Assembly: GCA_018052825.1 (NCBI GenBank)
Contig: JAGPMN010000001.1
Coordinates: 17,232 to 81,231, forward strand
Source of the DNA: Methanothrix sp.
GTDB taxonomy: Archaea > Halobacteriota > Methanosarcinia > Methanotrichales > Methanotrichaceae
Length of the DNA: 64,000 bases
Direction of reading: 5' to 3'
Part shown: positions 56,338 through 64,000 of the stretch, in pieces
Position numbering within the stretch: the stretch's first letter is position 1
Layout of the letters: each line of letters begins with the position of its first letter
The notes under the pieces: model-generated
Database searches by the model: none
The model's input: the letters and a program-made list of their open reading frames with translations, nothing else
Told to the model about the DNA's origin: nothing
Made by a program: the position numbers and the translations under genes

Positions 56338-56515
56338 AGGAATAATCCGGCATTGATGAGCAATCTTTCCCTGATGAGCCATGTCAAGGCTGCAATTGGG
56401 GCATTCTTCCTGTAGCGTGTGGAACGGGCATTCACAATTCACATCATGATTTTATCGACCAACAAACTTAATAATTAATAATCATATATTCGGTAAAAAT
56501 GGTGGTGAAATAGAA

Positions 56516-56704
56516 ATGTCTCTTGAAGCTCCTCAGCAAATCCAGAAAAAAATGAGGATTAATTGGAGAATAAAGGCGGAGGACCTCCTGGCAATCTTGA
56601 TTCTTGTGATCTTGACATTGGGAATTGCCCTGTACCTCCAGTTCATCATCATGAGCGGCCTGTATAATGCAGAAGAGATCAGCCGGTGGCCTTTATTGCG
56701 CTGA
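56516..56704 (+). CDS. Possible small membrane protein
   Basis: 62 aa with one TM (LLAILILVILTLGIALYLQFIIM). It sits in an AT-rich spacer. No homology support. Confidence 0.3.
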   Translation: MSLEAPQQIQKKMRINWRIKAEDLLAILILVILTLGIALYLQFIIMSGLYNAEEISRWPLLR

Positions 56705-56787
56705 AGGACGAAAAGAGGCAGGAAATGGGATATATCTACGGTCCCTTTTCAGCCGAAAACTGTATATCTCATGATTAGATAGTTATA

Positions 56788-57110
56788 TTGTCGCAAGATA
56801 AGGCTGCAACCGATTAAGCTCCCCTTGGGGAGCGCCTCGCATAAGAGCGAAGTCTTCGGCCAATTTGAGTTCGGGTCTCGTCTGTCTTATATGATTGCGA
56901 CAAGAATGGCATATGTGCTGGCGAAAGGAGAGCAGGCATCTCATCTCAGATGAAGTGCCCCTGTAAGAAGGGCGCTGTGCCATGAATCCAGTGCTGCCTC
57001 CTGTTGCCTGTGTGATGGCACAGGGCGAGATCAAGGCCGCCACTACGGTGGATGGTCCCTGTCTGAAGGGTGCTCGCGGATCAGCGCTTGACTCGCCTCA
57101 AACATCACGT
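56788..57110 (+). ncRNA. Candidate structured non-coding RNA of unknown class (strand tentative)
   Basis: GC-rich region of about 320 nt with no convincing ORF. Helices found by eye: 56788-56796/56895-56903 (9 bp) plus 56798-56802/56886-56890; 56818-56833 palindromic hairpin; 56937-56952; 56957-56973; 56975-56983/57015-57023 (9 bp); 57040-57051; 57057-57070. A TATA-like TGTATATC at about 56761 sits 27 nt upstream of the first helix. A T-run follows at 57128-57134. Confidence 0.4.
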
Positions 57111-57146
57111 AGTCGCTTCTATATTCTATATTTTCGAGGTAGTAAA

Positions 57147-57554
57147 ATGGCAAAGGAGATCCCATCCCGGGTCATGGAACTGATAAACAATCCGCAATCT
57201 GTTAAGATACTGTCGACGTGCTCTGTGGAGAATTCGCTACACTCTGTGCCTTTAGGGTCGCTGAGTGCTCCCTCCTCCCGATCCATCGTATTCGCCAAGA
57301 TAATGGCCAATGAAACTCATGCCAATCTGGAAAATGCCCAGAAGAGCGGCGGAATCGTGTCGGTTCTGGCAGTCAAAGGAGAAGAGGCATATCAGGTCAA
57401 ATGCCGGCCTATGGCATTCGACACAAGCGGTCCGGCGTTTCAGGCCATGAGGGCAAAGCTCTCCCAGAAGATGCCGCTGCATGGTGTGTGGCTTCTGGAG
57501 CCGGTGGAGATCATCAACCAGAGCCCAGGGCCGGATGCCGGAAAGAGGATATGA
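57147..57554 (+). CDS. Pyridoxamine 5'-phosphate oxidase-like FMN-binding split-barrel protein
   Basis: MAKEIPSRVMELINNPQSVKILSTCS...VPLGSL...VFAKIM...VLAV. ATG 57147. The track ORF from 56982 extends into the non-coding region. Confidence 0.65.
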   Translation: MAKEIPSRVMELINNPQSVKILSTCSVENSLHSVPLGSLSAPSSRSIVFAKIMANETHANLENAQKSGGIVSVLAVKGEEAYQVKCRPMAFDTSGPAFQAMRAKLSQKMPLHGVWLLEPVEIINQSPGPDAGKRI

Positions 57555-57808
57555 TTTGGATACATTTATATCGACAAATGTACCTGCGAGACGCTGATAT
57601 GGCAATGCTGATTGGACTGGCGATGACTGCAGTTGGAGCTGCGGTGCTTGGCAAGGTATTGACGGAAGGGTTCAGGCAATCGACGAAAACGACCGGAGGG
57701 ATCCCAAAGTCTCAGGTCATTGAAATCGATGAGTATGAGGTTCTGGATGACCTGCAGGAGCAGCCGTCCAGATGGCACTGGGTCAGAGTCGATGACAGCG
57801 ATGATTGA
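57551..57808 (+). CDS. Small hypothetical membrane protein with acidic C-terminus
   Basis: The ATG overlaps the upstream TGA (ATGA). TM AMLIGLAMTAVGAAVLGKVL. C-terminus EIDEYEVLDDLQE...VRVDDSDD. 85 aa (a shorter form from an internal Met is possible). Confidence 0.4.
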   Translation: MIWIHLYRQMYLRDADMAMLIGLAMTAVGAAVLGKVLTEGFRQSTKTTGGIPKSQVIEIDEYEVLDDLQEQPSRWHWVRVDDSDD

Positions 57809-57999
57809 AATATATAGTTGAGGAGTGCGGGAGGCTTCAATCGGGAATGGTACTTCGTAGCGGATCCGTATCCTAATACCATTACTCATGCGTCTTCGGT
57901 TAATAGGAGAATCATTACTACTATTTCCATCAAGACCGAGGCACTACGGTTATCTTTGCATAGCAAATGGAGAGCTCCGCAAGAGCCTCGTCTTCTGGC

Positions 58000-59772
58000 C
58001 TATCTCCCCTTGATGTGCCTGATTTCCACAGCCACGCCCCGCCGCGAGCGCATCATCTCCCACCCGGACATCCTGGCCCGGCCCACTCCGAATGCCTTAT
58101 CCCCTGCCAATATAACCTCGTCTCCGGGACGGATCTGCTCGTCTGCCTCGACCACGCCCGGAGCCAGAAGCGAGCCCTTCGGCAGCAGGTCGCCGGTGCG
58201 CACAATATAGCGGCCCAGCGGCTCCAGCCGCGCCGCTCCTGTGAGGGAGAGGGCGGTCATGCCATTTGGGGTCGTCGCGGCCAGCGGCCTCTTTTTCTCA
58301 TCCTGGATCTCCCGGCCCCGCACCGCGATCTTTCCTGCGAGGAGAAGGTCGCCTGCGCCCCGCCCGAAGTAGAAGTCGGCATGGGCCCGGTAGCGCAGCA
58401 GCCGCAAGTCCGGCAGCTTTGCCGCATCCCTGCAGGCTTCGGCCAGGGCGGAGCCCAGCCGTGAGAGAGCCGGCCCGCTCGTGCCCCCGCCTGTATAGAT
58501 CGCATCCAGGCCGCTCTCCTTTACAGCCTCCTCGAGCTCTCCCTCCAGATGGGCTACGATTCTGGCATACCTGTTCTTCCTGAGATAGGCCTCCAGGCAG
58601 CCTACGAGCCACGCCCTCTCCTCTCTATCCCAGCGGCCTGTGACGGGGACGTCATATCTGGCGGCGGGGTAGGCCTCCTCAAGCTCTCTCGGCACCAGGG
58701 CCAGCGGTGAGGTTAAGATCAGCTCATGCAGGTAGCGGCGGCGCGAGCCCATGGCCCAGGCGAATAGCTTATGCGAGCGGGAGAGGCTGTAGGGCTTTTT
58801 CGCCGAGCAGGGCAGAAGGAGCAGAACATCGCTTCTGGGAGCTGTATATCTGCTTATCACCCTCTCCGCAAAGCGGGTGACCTCCACCCTCTGCAGCGAC
58901 TCTGCGCAGTTCGCATAGAATGTGCTGCGCCTGATGACCGGCGTCCTCCTCTCAATGTACCTGTGCTCAGCGTCCAGCAGCCGCAGGGCAGCAGTTTGGT
59001 CCGGGGCCACACGCACCTGCCGCTCCACATACTCCCGAATGCTCTCGGACCTGATTGCCTGGCGGACGGCTGAAAGCTCCTCCTCAAGCTTGAGGACGTT
59101 GTGGGAGGCGATGAGGCCGTTTCTTGCAGATGCCTCCGGCACGCAGGCGGCATCTACATCCCCCTCAGCCATACGCAGGCAGTGCGGACAGCGGCAGGGA
59201 AGCTCCCCCAGGTCCGTGGCAGCCCAGCAGCCATCCCGTGTGTGGTAGCGGCCCAAAAGGCCGTCTGCCTTCATGCGTGTTCCGTCTACCAGGTCGACTC
59301 CCAGATATATCAGCAGTGCCAGGTTGGCTGGTGTGGCGATGGCGGGGGCGTAGAGGGCAGAGTCCGGGCGTATCCTCTCCCGCAGGCCAATCAGTGCCCC
59401 AACCAGATCCCTGGGATTTTTTAGGGCTGCAGCATTGCCAAGAACATAGACGTCTGCATCCTGCGGCTCCATGGAGCTGAATGGGCGGACAAGCACGCCT
59501 TTGGGACCGCCCGTCTCGAAGTCAGGCAGCTCCAGCGCCGGCTCGGAATGCAGGGCCGATGGGACGTATGGCAGGATGGCCAGCCTTTTCTCCTCCCGGA
59601 GGGCCTCGCCTGCACTGATGGCCTCTCTGATGCTTGCATAGCCGTAGACGCTTCCCGCCGAGATGTAGTCGTCACTGCCTATCACTGCGGGCGAGCTCTT
59701 CTGCGGCTCGGAGATCAGCTTTCCCATGCGGGCCGGACCGTCGCGGCGGAGGACCTCAAAGTACCTGGTCAT
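58000..59772 (-). CDS. arcS: Archaeosine synthase (ArcS/TgtA2), with C-terminal PUA domain
   Basis: MTRYFEVLRRDGPARMGKL.... Cys cluster CRCPHC. C-terminal GDEVILAGDKAFGVGRARMSGWEM...GVAVEIRHI. 590 aa. Confidence 0.85.
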   Translation of the reverse strand: MTRYFEVLRRDGPARMGKLISEPQKSSPAVIGSDDYISAGSVYGYASIREAISAGEALREEKRLAILPYVPSALHSEPALELPDFETGGPKGVLVRPFSSMEPQDADVYVLGNAAALKNPRDLVGALIGLRERIRPDSALYAPAIATPANLALLIYLGVDLVDGTRMKADGLLGRYHTRDGCWAATDLGELPCRCPHCLRMAEGDVDAACVPEASARNGLIASHNVLKLEEELSAVRQAIRSESIREYVERQVRVAPDQTAALRLLDAEHRYIERRTPVIRRSTFYANCAESLQRVEVTRFAERVISRYTAPRSDVLLLLPCSAKKPYSLSRSHKLFAWAMGSRRRYLHELILTSPLALVPRELEEAYPAARYDVPVTGRWDREERAWLVGCLEAYLRKNRYARIVAHLEGELEEAVKESGLDAIYTGGGTSGPALSRLGSALAEACRDAAKLPDLRLLRYRAHADFYFGRGAGDLLLAGKIAVRGREIQDEKKRPLAATTPNGMTALSLTGAARLEPLGRYIVRTGDLLPKGSLLAPGVVEADEQIRPGDEVILAGDKAFGVGRARMSGWEMMRSRRGVAVEIRHIKGR

Positions 59773-59791
59773 GGCTTTTGCGCCTCTCCTG

Positions 59792-60463
59792 CTACACCCT
59801 TCCCACTCGCCCTCTGCCAGTGCCCCTTTTCAGAATCATGTATATCGACTGCATCGTATTTCCGATAAAAAACCTGGGCGGCGTGCGCCTGCCAATCACC
59901 CTTGTTCTGCCCTGCCGGATGGCCGCCAGAGCCTGCTCGGCATCACCTGCATCGATCTCCGTCACCCCGAGGCCTACTGTTACTGCAAAGTGAGAGTCTG
60001 AGCCGGCCACCACGGGCAGGTGCTTCATGCTGGCCTCTATCCTGGCCCTGGCATTGGCTATGCCGAATATGTGCTTGGAATTATAAACCTCCACAGCATC
60101 GCAGTCAGGGATGCGGCCTATAGCATGCCGGAAGGGATGGTATGGGTGTGGTACAATGGCTATGCCCCCCTGCTCGCGGGCCAGATCCGCAGTCTCCTCC
60201 GGGCTGCGCCCGCGGGGCGGCAGATTCTCAATGCCCAGGAGCAGCAGGTGGCCCTCGGATGTGGTGACCTCGGCTCCGGGAATCAGTATCAGGTCCAGCC
60301 CCTCCTCCCGGATGATCTGCATGGCCGAAAGCGAGCCCTTCAGTGTGTCGTGATCTGTGATGGAGATGCCCGCCAGGCCGCAGCGAACGGCTGCGTGCAG
60401 AATGGTCCTGACGTCGTCTCTGCCATCGGAGCAGCTGGAATGCACATGCAGGTCAAATCTCAT
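59792..60463 (-). CDS. PHP-domain metal-dependent phosphoesterase
   Basis: MRFDLHVHSSCSDG...GISITDHDT. ATG 60463. The track start at 60472 is a GTG. Confidence 0.8.
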   Translation of the reverse strand: MRFDLHVHSSCSDGRDDVRTILHAAVRCGLAGISITDHDTLKGSLSAMQIIREEGLDLILIPGAEVTTSEGHLLLLGIENLPPRGRSPEETADLAREQGGIAIVPHPYHPFRHAIGRIPDCDAVEVYNSKHIFGIANARARIEASMKHLPVVAGSDSHFAVTVGLGVTEIDAGDAEQALAAIRQGRTRVIGRRTPPRFFIGNTMQSIYMILKRGTGRGRVGRV

Positions 60464-60525
60464 CTCTGCCACGGCTCTCCATCACAGATATATGCTTTAC
60501 TGTTATCGGCTGAAGTCATCGCCGA

Positions 60526-61785
60526 TCAGGCCGCCTCATCCGGCACAGCCAGGCAGCCCTGCAGGGCAGATGCCGCAGCAGTGGCCGGGCTGGCCAGGTA
60601 GACCCGCCCCCCTTTGCCCATCCGTCCCGGGAAGTTCCTGTTGGATGTGGAGACGCAGACCTCTCCCTCCCCCAGCACGCCCATATGCGCCCCCAGGCAC
60701 GGCCCGCATCCGGGCGGCCCTATCATCGCACCGGCGGCAACAAGCGTCTCTATGATCCCGGCCTCCAAGGCCTCCATCAGAACCTGCCGCGAGGCTGGAA
60801 TGACCAGAGTCCTCGCCCGGACCTGCTTTCCCTTGAGGATGCGGGCGGCTGCGGCCAGGTCCTCCAGCCGGCCGTTGGTGCATGTGCCTATGAAGACCTG
60901 ATCGACTGGAAGCCCGGCCAGATCGGATGCGGGACGGACGTTGTCCACCCGGAACGGCTCTGCGACCAGCGGCACGAGGTCGCTAACATCGAACTCGTAC
61001 TCGCAGTCATATGTGCCAGGATCGGAGTACACCGGCCTGTACTGCTCGCGTGCCCGACCTGCCAGCCACTCATCGGTCCTCCTGTCGGCAGGCACAATGG
61101 CCGCCTTGGCCCCCATCTCAACGCCAAGGTTGCACAGGGTCATCCTGCCGGAGATGCTCATCTGCTCGATGGCCGGGCCGGTGTACTCAACAGCCCTGTA
61201 CGTCGCCCCATCCGCTCCCAGCTCGCCGATCACCATGAGGGCGATGTCCTTCGCAGAGACGCTGGAGCCGGCCTTCACCGCCCCGGAGATCCGCACGCCT
61301 ATGGTCTCTGGCACCTTGAACCAGAGGCGGCCCCTGGAATAGATCTCGGCCATATCAGTCGCCCCCACGCCTGTGCCGAATGCCCCCAGGGCCCCGTATG
61401 TGCAGGAGTGAGAGTCGGCTCCCACCAGCAAGAGGCCCGGCAGGGCAAACCCCTGCTCAGAAAAGACCTGATGGCAGACGCCGCTGCCGCAGTCAAAGAA
61501 GTTGGAGATCTTCTGCTCTGCCGCAAAGGCCCGCACATCCCTATGCAGCTCAGCCGCAGTCTCGTTGTTGGCCGGGACTATATGGTCAAAGGGTATGACA
61601 ATCCTCTCAGGATCCCAAACCCTCTCCGAGCCCATCTCCTTGAATGCCCGGATAGCTAAAACCGATGTGCCGTCATGAGACATGGCATAGTCTATGCCCG
61701 CCTCAACGATCTCCCCCGGCTCCACCATGCCAGTGGAGCCGGAGGCCCGCGAAAAAATCTTCTGACTTATAGTTCCGGCCGCCAT
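60526..61785 (-). CDS. Aconitase-superfamily dehydratase large subunit (3-isopropylmalate dehydratase / homoaconitase type)
   Basis: [28 protein letters not shown] and GCGPCLG are Fe-S cluster ligand motifs. 419 aa. There is no small-subunit gene adjacent. Confidence 0.85.
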   Translation of the reverse strand: MAAGTISQKIFSRASGSTGMVEPGEIVEAGIDYAMSHDGTSVLAIRAFKEMGSERVWDPERIVIPFDHIVPANNETAAELHRDVRAFAAEQKISNFFDCGSGVCHQVFSEQGFALPGLLLVGADSHSCTYGALGAFGTGVGATDMAEIYSRGRLWFKVPETIGVRISGAVKAGSSVSAKDIALMVIGELGADGATYRAVEYTGPAIEQMSISGRMTLCNLGVEMGAKAAIVPADRRTDEWLAGRAREQYRPVYSDPGTYDCEYEFDVSDLVPLVAEPFRVDNVRPASDLAGLPVDQVFIGTCTNGRLEDLAAAARILKGKQVRARTLVIPASRQVLMEALEAGIIETLVAAGAMIGPPGCGPCLGAHMGVLGEGEVCVSTSNRNFPGRMGKGGRVYLASPATAAASALQGCLAVPDEAA

Positions 61786-61829
61786 TCTCGCCCGCCTCAG
61801 GGCTTAAATGGCGATTCCATCACTTAAGC

Positions 61830-63707
61830 TCAGCGCCCATCATTCCTGCACTTTATCTCCTCAGGAGAGGGCATCATGTAGGCGATGTCATCCGCGGGAT
61901 GGCGGTAGAGCCTGGAGCCGAGGCGCTTTTGGTCCAGGATGTGGCCGATGAGGCCGATGGACCTGCCCAGGGCGAACAGCCCGTTCAGATAGCCGAGCTT
62001 CACCACCTCATCTATCTCCGCCTTGCTGAAGGCCCCGCAGGAGCTCATCAGGTCCAGGAAGAGAATGCCCACGCACCCATCCACATTGAGGATGAGAGTG
62101 CCTTTCTTGGCTGTGGTGATCTCCTCCACCTGCAGTGCATAGTTGAGAAGATCCGTGCTGGGAAAATTAGCACGGGCGAAGCTTATGAGCTGCTGGACAC
62201 GCTTATCTGGATTCTTGACGCTCTTGATCTTATGGCCGATTCCCGGGATGTTGATCCCCTTCTTCTTCATGTCCGAGACAAACTGCTCCGGGCTCATGCC
62301 ACTCTCATAGGCCCGCTTGAACTCGCGAGCAGCGTCGTCTATGGCCCCGCCAAAGCGCGGCCCGATGGTGAGCAGGCCGCTGCATAGCGATGATATGAGA
62401 TCCTTTCCGGCACAGGAGGCGACGATGGCGTTATGGGCTCCGGAGACCGCAGGCCCGTGGTCTGCCACGATCTGCAGCACCAGCTCTATGAAGCGCGCTG
62501 CATAGTCGGGAAGCTCCTTCTTGAACCAGAGAAGGCCTATGACCCCGCCGATTCCCATCCTCTGCTCCAGCACCTCGGAGAGCTTCTTTCCAGCATAGAG
62601 CACCTCCTCGCCGCTGTCGTCGGATATTGTGCAGATGAATGTGGTGGGCTTTCTGATGTCCCCCTGGGCCAGGGCCCGGCTGTAGTCCACAGCGAGCTTC
62701 GGCACCTGCGGCTCTTCGAACCTCCGGACGATGCCTGCGGCAAGGAGCGACTCGTAGACCTTTCTGATCTCATCTCCGTAGCCGTCGAATGATGTGGGCA
62801 CATGGGCGCCGGCATCGCGAAAGGCCTCGTTTTTGGCCTGGGCAGTCTCCCTCTGGGTGTCGGCCTTGGCTCCAGCGTGTCCGAACTGGACGCTGGCAGG
62901 CAGCACAGGCGCACAGGTTCCAGTCACCCAGGCCACCAGAGGCTTGGTTATCCTCTTCTCCTGGAGAGCCTTGATGATCCTGTACTCATCCTCGCCGCCC
63001 AGCTCTCCGAGGCATGCAATCATCTTGATGGCGGGATTGGCCTCATAGCGCAGTATGTGATCGAGCATGGTCGAGCCGGGATGGCGGTCGCCGCCGATGG
63101 CTATGCCCTCGTATATGCCGTCTGAGTTCCTGGAGATGATGTTGAAGGCCTCGTTTAGCATGCCCCCCGATTTGGAGACAAAGCCGACGCATCCCGGCCG
63201 ATATAGCTTGGAGGCTATGATGTTCTCGATGGTTCCTGCGGTGTTGCCGATGCGGAATGCCCCCGCAACCATGCCCCCTACTGTAGCCGGGCCGATGATG
63301 ACCTTGCCCTCCTTTCTGGCAGTGGCGCTCATGATGCGCGACTGCCTCTCAGGCACACCCTCGGCTATGACAGCCACCACGCGGATGCTCTCCTCTGCCA
63401 GCGCCTCCATGGTCGTCTCGAAGGCGGAGCGGTGCGAGGCAAAGTTGACCATCGTGTCTGCCTGGGGATAGGCTTTGGCCGCCAGGCCTATGGTCCTGTA
63501 CATGGGCAGGATGATCTCTTTGCTTCCCCAGAAGGCCTTGTGAATTCCTGCACGGCTGGGGTTGATGATGGCAGCTATGCTGGGCTCAGAGCGCTTGCAG
63601 ATGTAGTCGAAGTCAAGCATACGCTGGATGGCATTGGTCTGATAGCCGTAGATGAAGGCCTTGGTATTTTTATCAAATAGGACATAATCCTCTCTCGTCT
63701 CACTCAT
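61830..63707 (-). CDS. aclA: ATP-citrate lyase alpha subunit
   Basis: The CoA-ligase part has the phosphohistidine loop [12 protein letters not shown]. The C-terminal citrate-synthase-like part has [10 protein letters not shown]...[11 protein letters not shown]...PGIGHKIKS. 625 aa. Confidence 0.85.
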   Translation of the reverse strand: MSETREDYVLFDKNTKAFIYGYQTNAIQRMLDFDYICKRSEPSIAAIINPSRAGIHKAFWGSKEIILPMYRTIGLAAKAYPQADTMVNFASHRSAFETTMEALAEESIRVVAVIAEGVPERQSRIMSATARKEGKVIIGPATVGGMVAGAFRIGNTAGTIENIIASKLYRPGCVGFVSKSGGMLNEAFNIISRNSDGIYEGIAIGGDRHPGSTMLDHILRYEANPAIKMIACLGELGGEDEYRIIKALQEKRITKPLVAWVTGTCAPVLPASVQFGHAGAKADTQRETAQAKNEAFRDAGAHVPTSFDGYGDEIRKVYESLLAAGIVRRFEEPQVPKLAVDYSRALAQGDIRKPTTFICTISDDSGEEVLYAGKKLSEVLEQRMGIGGVIGLLWFKKELPDYAARFIELVLQIVADHGPAVSGAHNAIVASCAGKDLISSLCSGLLTIGPRFGGAIDDAAREFKRAYESGMSPEQFVSDMKKKGINIPGIGHKIKSVKNPDKRVQQLISFARANFPSTDLLNYALQVEEITTAKKGTLILNVDGCVGILFLDLMSSCGAFSKAEIDEVVKLGYLNGLFALGRSIGLIGHILDQKRLGSRLYRHPADDIAYMMPSPEEIKCRNDGR

Positions 63708-64000
63708 GCCGATGCACCTTCCAGGGCCAGGGGAACAATTCTGGTCATATGCGTCTCGGGCCCGTAAACCTCAATTGGCACGCCTATCCTCTTGCCGAGA
63801 TCCCTCATGAGCTGGAGACCCTCCTCGTAGTTGGGGCCGCCCCGGCGCACGTATATCTTGACGCCCGTCTCTTGTAGCTTCTTCTGGTACTCCTCCAGTG
63901 CCATGACAACGCCCTTGAATGTCTTGGCCACGTCTGTGAAATTGGCTATGGCCCCGCCTATGAGAAGCACCTTGCCCCGCGGGTCCTTCTTCCTGGTCAT
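63704..64000 (-). CDS. aclB: ATP-citrate lyase beta subunit (N-terminus outside window)
   Basis: [25 protein letters not shown]...[17 protein letters not shown]...[11 protein letters not shown]. The stop overlaps the aclA ATG (ATGA). Confidence 0.8.
   Translation of the reverse strand: MTRKKDPRGKVLLIGGAIANFTDVAKTFKGVVMALEEYQKKLQETGVKIYVRRGGPNYEEGLQLMRDLGKRIGVPIEVYGPETHMTRIVPLALEGASA

Noticed and set aside
56350-56400. Possible C/D box sRNA (two UGAUGA boxes, one preceded by CUGA)
   Set aside because: The CUGA and second UGAUGA overlap, no terminal D box (CUGA) follows at the right distance, and there is no terminal stem.
56800-56900. tRNA-like pieces: GCTC-loop-GAGC D-arm-like hairpin, a 7-nt loop ATAAGAG, and a TTCGGGT loop
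   Set aside because: There is no complementary acceptor stem. A14, U8 and A58 equivalents are wrong, and the T-stem is only 3-4 bp. It is not a tRNA.
56788-57110. Identification of the structured region as RNase P RNA or SRP (7S) RNA
   Set aside because: No GAGGAAAGUCC-type CR-I is present. The candidate helix-8-like GGCGAAAGGAGAGCAGG cannot form the GNAR-capped stem, and the 5' and 3' ends do not pair. Only a CCCCUGUAAG resemblance to the Alu-domain motif remains, which is too weak.
60685-61659. 324-aa plus-strand ORF antisense to the aconitase-family gene
   Set aside because: It is a shadow ORF. The minus-strand product has all three Fe-S ligand motifs.

Overview
High-GC (by eye, not computed) archaeal chromosome segment, almost certainly from a methanogen-type euryarchaeon. 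Evidence for that: eL39/eL31/eS19/LX ribosomal proteins, aIF6, prefoldin, archaeal GHMP-type shikimate kinase, RFAP synthase for methanopterin, DUF1699, archaeosortase, ArcS, RadB and CetZ-like tubulin. The window is densely packed with about 70 protein genes, often in translationally coupled strings (ATGA/TGATG overlaps) with frequent GTG/TTG starts.

Main blocks, left to right:
- Translation/SRP cluster: ftsY-pfdA-rplX-eif6-rpl31e-rpl39e ... rps19e. rpl39e is missing from the ORF track.
- A SWIM zinc-finger plus SNF2 helicase pair.
- pycB.
- An aromatic amino-acid / purE string.
- A chorismate-lyase-like::RFAP-synthase fusion divergent from a class II-type HMG-CoA reductase.
- Glucan phosphorylase and an apparently exported acetolactate-decarboxylase homologue.
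- nadX/nadC.
- A cell-envelope locus: CARDB/DUF11 surface protein, CetZ-like tubulin, radical SAM, 1180-aa S8 protease, and archaeosortase A with archaetidylserine decarboxylase and synthase.
- A GerW/DUF2953/GerW/DUF99 operon.
- A MoxR-DUF58-LarA operon.
- A hybrid histidine kinase.
- A methanopterin-associated operon ending in radB.
- NFACT/Mut7-C.
- arcS.
- Two-subunit ATP-citrate lyase (aclB truncated by the window edge).

I found no rRNA, tRNA, CRISPR array, transposase or integrase.

The most unexplained stretches are:
- a roughly 330-nt GC-rich, heavily self-complementary non-coding region at about 56.79-57.11 kb (candidate structured RNA of unknown class);
- AT-rich gaps at 11.05-11.5 kb and 53.3-53.9 kb containing perfect palindromes;
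- several conserved but functionally undescribed operons.

All protein calls rest on motif and family recognition by eye. No searches were run.
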